A DNA stretch of 37,657 bases from Nemertoderma westbladi (lineage: Eukaryota > Animalia > Xenacoelomorpha). The stretch is from assembly GCA_032718475.1 (NCBI GenBank), contig JAUCBJ010004890.1, positions 1 through 37,657 of the forward strand. Reading direction: 5' to 3'. This document shows positions 33,175 to 37,657 of the stretch, piece by piece. The position numbers and the translations under genes are program-made. The notes under the pieces are model-generated. The model saw nothing but the letters and a program-made list of their open reading frames with translations, was not told the DNA's origin and searched no databases. Positions within the stretch are counted from its first letter, which is position 1. Each line of letters begins with the position of its first letter.

Positions 33175-33831
33175 TGTACTGTTAATATTACATAACTAAA
33201 ATCTGCAATTTGGGTACCTCGGTCCGCGGACCAGAAGTCAGTATAATGCCCTGTATTGTATTGTTATAGCTCAGTATAGGTCGGTCTCGGTATACCTTTT
33301 AGTAGCCATTTTATAGGTCGGTATACAGGTATAGCTTGGTATAGATCCAAGATCGGTATACTGGTATAGGTCGGAATACAGGAATAGCTTGGTATGGTAT
33401 AGCTGTATAGGTCGGTATACCTTTTACTGTTTTAGTACGGTACGTACCAAGGCAAGGACTACTCTACTACAGGCAGACAGGACTGGCAGAACTAAGTAGT
33501 CCTTGGTACTGTGGTACGTACCATTCCGAAGCGCCCCTTGCCTTAGCTGCTTAGCACTTAGTGTCAAATGGAAGGTACAGTATTTCAGTATTTACTAATT
33601 AATACAGTAATAATGCTGTACTGTCTCACCGTACAGCCGTAGGTCCAAATTACAGGCTGACAGGTGCCGGTATTTAACTTGTTATATTACACTGTAGGCT
33701 ATTACTGTATTATGGGTTATGGGTTCCAATTTATTTAATTTAACTTGTTAAACATAAACAATATGCAATAAAGAGCAACACAAGGTTTAGCAAAGTTTAC
33801 CTTTACCTGTTTACAGCTTTCAGGCTTTACA

Positions 33832-34461
33832 ATGGATGACTTAGACGAGGTTGGCTTATCCAACCCGGAACTCCCTCCCGGAATGAAACCCCCGGCCTTC
33901 GACCATCCCATTGACGACGGAGACAACCGCCTTAGCAACGCGGACTTCCGAACGATCCTCATGTCGACTCGATCGAGCGGTACAACTCCGGCCCCTCCGC
34001 CGCGGCGAACCCCGCTGCCGGAAGACCCATACAACGCGCCGGCTAGTCGCCATGACGACAAAGCAACCGCCCGACGGAAACGTAAACAATTTTACGCAAA
34101 ACTAAAACGGCAGGAGGAAGAGAGACAAGCGGAGTTAGAGCGGAAGTACCGGGACCGCGCCAGAGAGCGACGGGATGGCCAGAATGTGGATTACGAGGGG
34201 ACCGAAGGGTTGGGTTCGGTGGCCAATTACCGGTCCGTCGCTCCCACAATGTCGGACAACAACACCGCCGCAGAGCTACGTCGCAAACAGATCCAGGAGA
34301 GTAAGTTCCTCGGGGGTGACATGGAGCATACTCATCTGGTAAAAGGGTTGGATTACGCGTTGTTACAGAAGGTTCGGAGTGAAATATCGAGCAAGGAGAA
34401 GGAAAGTCACGAACTCTCGAGGATGATGAATAGAAAGTTGAAGAAGAACGATTCCTCTCAG
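33832..34461 (+). CDS. IK: Protein Red (IK, spliceosomal factor), coding exon 1 (210 codons)
   Basis: LSNADFR, KYRDRARERRDG and IQESKFLGGDMEHTHLVKGLDYALLQKVR match RED_N. Donor CAG|GTTATT at 34461/34462, phase 0. Confidence 0.92.
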
Positions 34462-34953
34462 GTTATTTAGTGAGCTTAATTATTGAGTTAGGCTCTTGTT
34501 AGTTCCCTGTCCGGTACCGGTACCATGGAGAATGGACCACGAATTTTTACATGTGGCATGTGGGTAAGCTACCTTCGGTACCGGTACGTTCTCCCAAAGC
34601 TTCCTGAGACACTAGCCATGCTATTATATGGATTTTTTTCAACCCATAAAAGGTTTCAGTTAACCGTTTAATTTAGTTAGAATTTCATTTCACTAGGCCA
34701 GGCCATGCCTACAGTTCAAATTATAATGCTGTTATTATTATTTTTCCCTCTTCTGTCGCATTGCGTTTCTTATGTTTGTGTGTTTGTTTATCTGTCGGTT
34801 TGGGAAGTTATTTGAATCTCAATCTTTTTCGAGGTGTTTGTTATTATATATTTATTATAGGAAGGGTTCTAGGGGTCTTAACCTTTTATTTATTATAATA
34901 AAATAATTATTCTAATACTACTTATGTATTATTTAAACTTTCCTTCCCTGCAG

Positions 34954-35907
34954 GAGGGGGCGGTGAGCGAGGAATCAATAGAGTTCCGTACCAAGTTGGC
35001 ACGGAACATATTCCGCGCGGTGTTCTCCTCGGAGGAACGCAGTGTTCCTCAACGGAACGAGTTGTTCCTCCCGGGTCGAATGGCCTACGTGGTGAACCTC
35101 GAGGAGGACGACGAGGTTGGCGAGGAGGTTGGCGACATTCCGACCACGGTGATCCGCTCCAAAGCGGACTGCCCCACCCTGGAGTCCCACACGACGCTGA
35201 CCACCAACGAGATCGTCATCAACAAACTCACACAGATCCTCGGCTCCTTCAGATCGGACGGGAAGAAAGGAAAAAAAGGGAAAAGACACAAGAAAACAGT
35301 TGATTCCGGAAGAATCTTTGAAGATACGGAGGAAGTTAATAAACCCCCTAAACGTCCGGGTAAATCATATTTTACGGCTCCTGTCGGTGTTGTCGGTGCG
35401 GCGGATAGCGAGAAAGATCGTATGAAGGACTTTAACGAGGCCTGGACCGACGCAGTGCGGAAGCAGGAAGCCTCCAGACTCGGGACTAAAAACATACACC
35501 CAGACAGACTGGCACAGCTGGGAGTCGCTCCTGGTAAACCCCAAACGAGTGGGAAGAAAGCCGCGGACAGTTACATGGAGTGTTACCCGAGTTTCTACGA
35601 GACGGGGTTGCATGATTCCGATGATGACGACGACGACTTCAGTAAGATGGATCAGGGTAAGAGGAAGGGCCCTATTGGTCGTTGGGACTTCGAGACGACC
35701 GAGGAGTACAGCTCCTACATGGGGAGCAAGGAGGTGCTCCCCAAGGCCGCCTTCCAGTTCGGTATAAAGATGGATAGTGGAAGGAAAACCAAGCGAAATC
35801 TACCGAAAGACGAGAAATCTAAACTGGACAGGGAGTTAAAGCAAATACAAAAGATTATTGATATGCGGAGTACAGATGGGGAAAGTCTCAGTAAGAAACG
35901 CAGATAA
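34954..35907 (+). CDS. IK: Protein Red (IK), coding exon 2 (317 aa; about 527 aa spliced)
   Basis: Acceptor tttccttccctgcAG|GAG at 34953/34954. RNELFLPGRMAY, DIPTTVIRSKADCP, SYMECYP, and DFSKMDQG..KGPIGRWDFETTEEY..YM..KE.LPKAAFQFGIKM (RED_C). Confidence 0.92.
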   Translation, partial: EGAVSEESIEFRTKLARNIFRAVFSSEERSVPQRNELFLPGRMAYVVNLEEDDEVGEEVGDIPTTVIRSKADCPTLESHTTLTTNEIVINKLTQILGSFRSDGKKGKKGKRHKKTVDSGRIFEDTEEVNKPPKRPGKSYFTAPVGVVGAADSEKDRMKDFNEAWTDAVRKQEASRLGTKNIHPDRLAQLGVAPGKPQTSGKKAADSYMECYPSFYETGLHDSDDDDDDFSKMDQGKRKGPIGRWDFETTEEYSSYMGSKEVLPKAAFQFGIKMDSGRKTKRNLPKDEKSKLDRELKQIQKIIDMRSTDGESLSKKRR

Positions 35908-36220
35908 TTAATTTATATCAATGTATTGTCTCACAAAGAAAAGCTTTTATTTTCTCTACATTTCCTTATATTTTTATCAGCAGCTGTTTCAAACGCATGT
36001 ATTAGAATGTAGTAAAAATTTGAATTGTGTTCCAAGTTTTATGTTAGTTCGTGTTCGTTTCGTATTAACCTGCTTAATAAAATCGTTGGATGAAAAAACT
36101 TAAAACTTATCGCGTTGTTTCATTTGCAAACTATTCTATATTATTTCTACATAACTAACTTTGGTGTTAATTAATTTATTATAAAGAACCACAACCACTG
36201 CTTTCTGGTACTTATTTAGC

Positions 36221-36509
36221 TACACGTTCGTGGGACCTTCGCGCAGCACGAGGCTCAGTAATGAGATACAAATTGCTCCATTTTAATTTGTATATATTTG
36301 TTTGTTTAATTCTAACTCTATCACAAAAACTGTATTTCTACCCCATAGAACCCTAACCAGCCATGTCCACATTTTGGCAAAATTGAGTTAATGGTACTGT
36401 GGGAAGAGAATGCTGAACAAAAGTCGTTTCGTTTCCATGAAAACAGGCTGAAGTCCATATCTGCATTCAAACTAGCAGATCTGGCAAGTTATAAAACCAA
36501 TGTCCAAAT
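36221..36509 (+). mobile_element. 5' fragment of the HINE-like family
   Basis: tacacgttcgtgggaccttcgcgcagcacgaggctcagtaatgagataca matches 890-940. The right boundary is uncertain. Confidence 0.45.
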
Positions 36510-36630
36510 TAGGGATGTCCCGGAATTCCGTTCCGGTCGGAATTCCGGCGGTTTTTGCCCGATTCCGGTTCCGGCCGGAATTGCCGGAATGTTGTCAATT
36601 CCGGCCGGAATTTTACCGGAATTAGCAGGT
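36510..36630 (+). mobile_element. hAT-like terminal fragment (TAGGGATG plus CCGGAATT subterminal repeats)
   Basis: TAGGGATG is an Ac-type hAT terminus and is followed by clustered ttccgg/ccggaa motifs. The other end was not found in the window. Confidence 0.5.
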
Positions 36631-36863
36631 TCCTAACTAGTTTGATAGTTGCAATTAGTTTGTTAAATTTATAATAATAAATTTATAAATAATATTTATT
36701 TAAAAAACAGTTATATATTTTTTAAACATTATTACCAATTATTATTTTAAGATGCTTTCCAACAGTGGATCAACACTTGTAAACAAGTAGAAATAAAGTT
36801 TTCTTCGACCGTTAGAGCTCTAACATTTAAGGATGCAATCGTCCTGGGGGACCAAAATAGCAC

Positions 36864-37021
36864 CCAAAATGATGGTTGCTTTGCCAGAAAATATTTTTAA
36901 CAAGTTTTATAGTGATCAAAACGAAATCCCTTATTCCTCGAACCAAAATGATGGTTGCTTTGCCAGAAAATATTTTTAACAAGTTTTATAGTGATCAAAA
37001 CGAAATCCCTTATTCCTCGAA
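36864..37021. repeat. 79-bp tandem duplication
   Basis: ccaaaatgatggttgctttgccag...cccttattcctcgaa at 36864 and 36943. Confidence 0.9.
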
Positions 37022-37657
37022 AACCCTTATTCCATCAAAATTGTAATTTTTGAGCCTAGAGCTAAACAATTTCTAAAATGATCCCCCGGAACCGGGCCAA
37101 TTAAGTACAGTAGTAAAATAACCCGGGCCAGATAGGGTTAAACGTACCGGTAACTCAGGATTACGGTAGTACAGTAACTATACTGTAGTAACTGAATATG
37201 AATCTCTTAATTCTGCATCAAACACATAGTAGAGTTAGAGTAGAGTAATATAAAGTATCACATCAGTTTCTCAACTCATTAAATGACACTATTTTCCAGG
37301 GCATTACATCTCTCTTACATATCAATAATTATCGCAGTTAATAAAAACTCCCCTAAATAATATCAGTTTCTCATTATAATGAAGTCGTATATTATTAATT
37401 TATCTCAGCATATCTATTATGTATCAATAACCTTTGTCTATTAAATCCAAGACAGTAAGAAGCGAACACTGTTAGGTGGCCACGCATTGATTGTCTTACT
37501 TGGGATCCTCTGAAAGGGCCGATATGTCCTCGGGGGATTCAGATACGAGTCCCGCTGGTTTAGGCAGATGAATTACACGATACACCTTGGCTATAGTAAT
37601 TGATAAATTTTGCATGCTTTTTGTAAAAATTTGGACTTATGGTGTTTTGCCAAATTG

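Larger units (their letters stand above)
28461..33522. mobile_element. Mutator/foldback-like element with long subrepeat-rich inverted arms, expanded by nested insertions
   Basis: Ends GGTAAGTAC and GTACGTACC. Flanking 9-mers ATTCCGACG (28452-28460) and ATTCCGAAG (33523-33531), 8/9 identical. The left arm (28470-28720) carries TATACCGA(C/G)C subrepeats that are inverted at 29270-29485 and 33252-33427, including tggctactaaaaggtatacc. Confidence 0.7.

Overview
This is eukaryotic, invertebrate-metazoan-like genomic DNA with AT-rich intergenic sequence, spliceosomal introns and many transposons; the taxon cannot be fixed from the sequence alone. Left half: a recent tandem duplication (1-6676 vs 11394-16730) carrying a single-exon nicotinic-acetylcholine-receptor-like pentameric channel subunit. 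This subunit has no cysteine in its extracellular domain (no Cys-loop disulfide, no loop-C CC) and has Phe at M2 9'. Each copy is followed by a 36-bp minisatellite, and copy 1 alone carries a 2037-bp TGTT...AACA insertion with a 5-bp target-site duplication (TSD). Right half: two divergently oriented two-exon housekeeping genes, RNF10 (-) and IK/RED (+), separated by 14 kb made mostly of transposons. These are a HINE/DINE-1-like element with CTCF-like motifs, an apparently full-length CR1/L2-group LINE, and a Mutator/foldback-like element containing a MITE and a 5'-truncated CR1 LINE. In the full-length LINE, ORF1 and ORF2 are in frame and separated by a single TGA-CTA, a candidate stop-codon readthrough site. 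No CRISPR, rRNA or tRNA genes were recognised. All comparisons were made by eye, without alignment or database tools.
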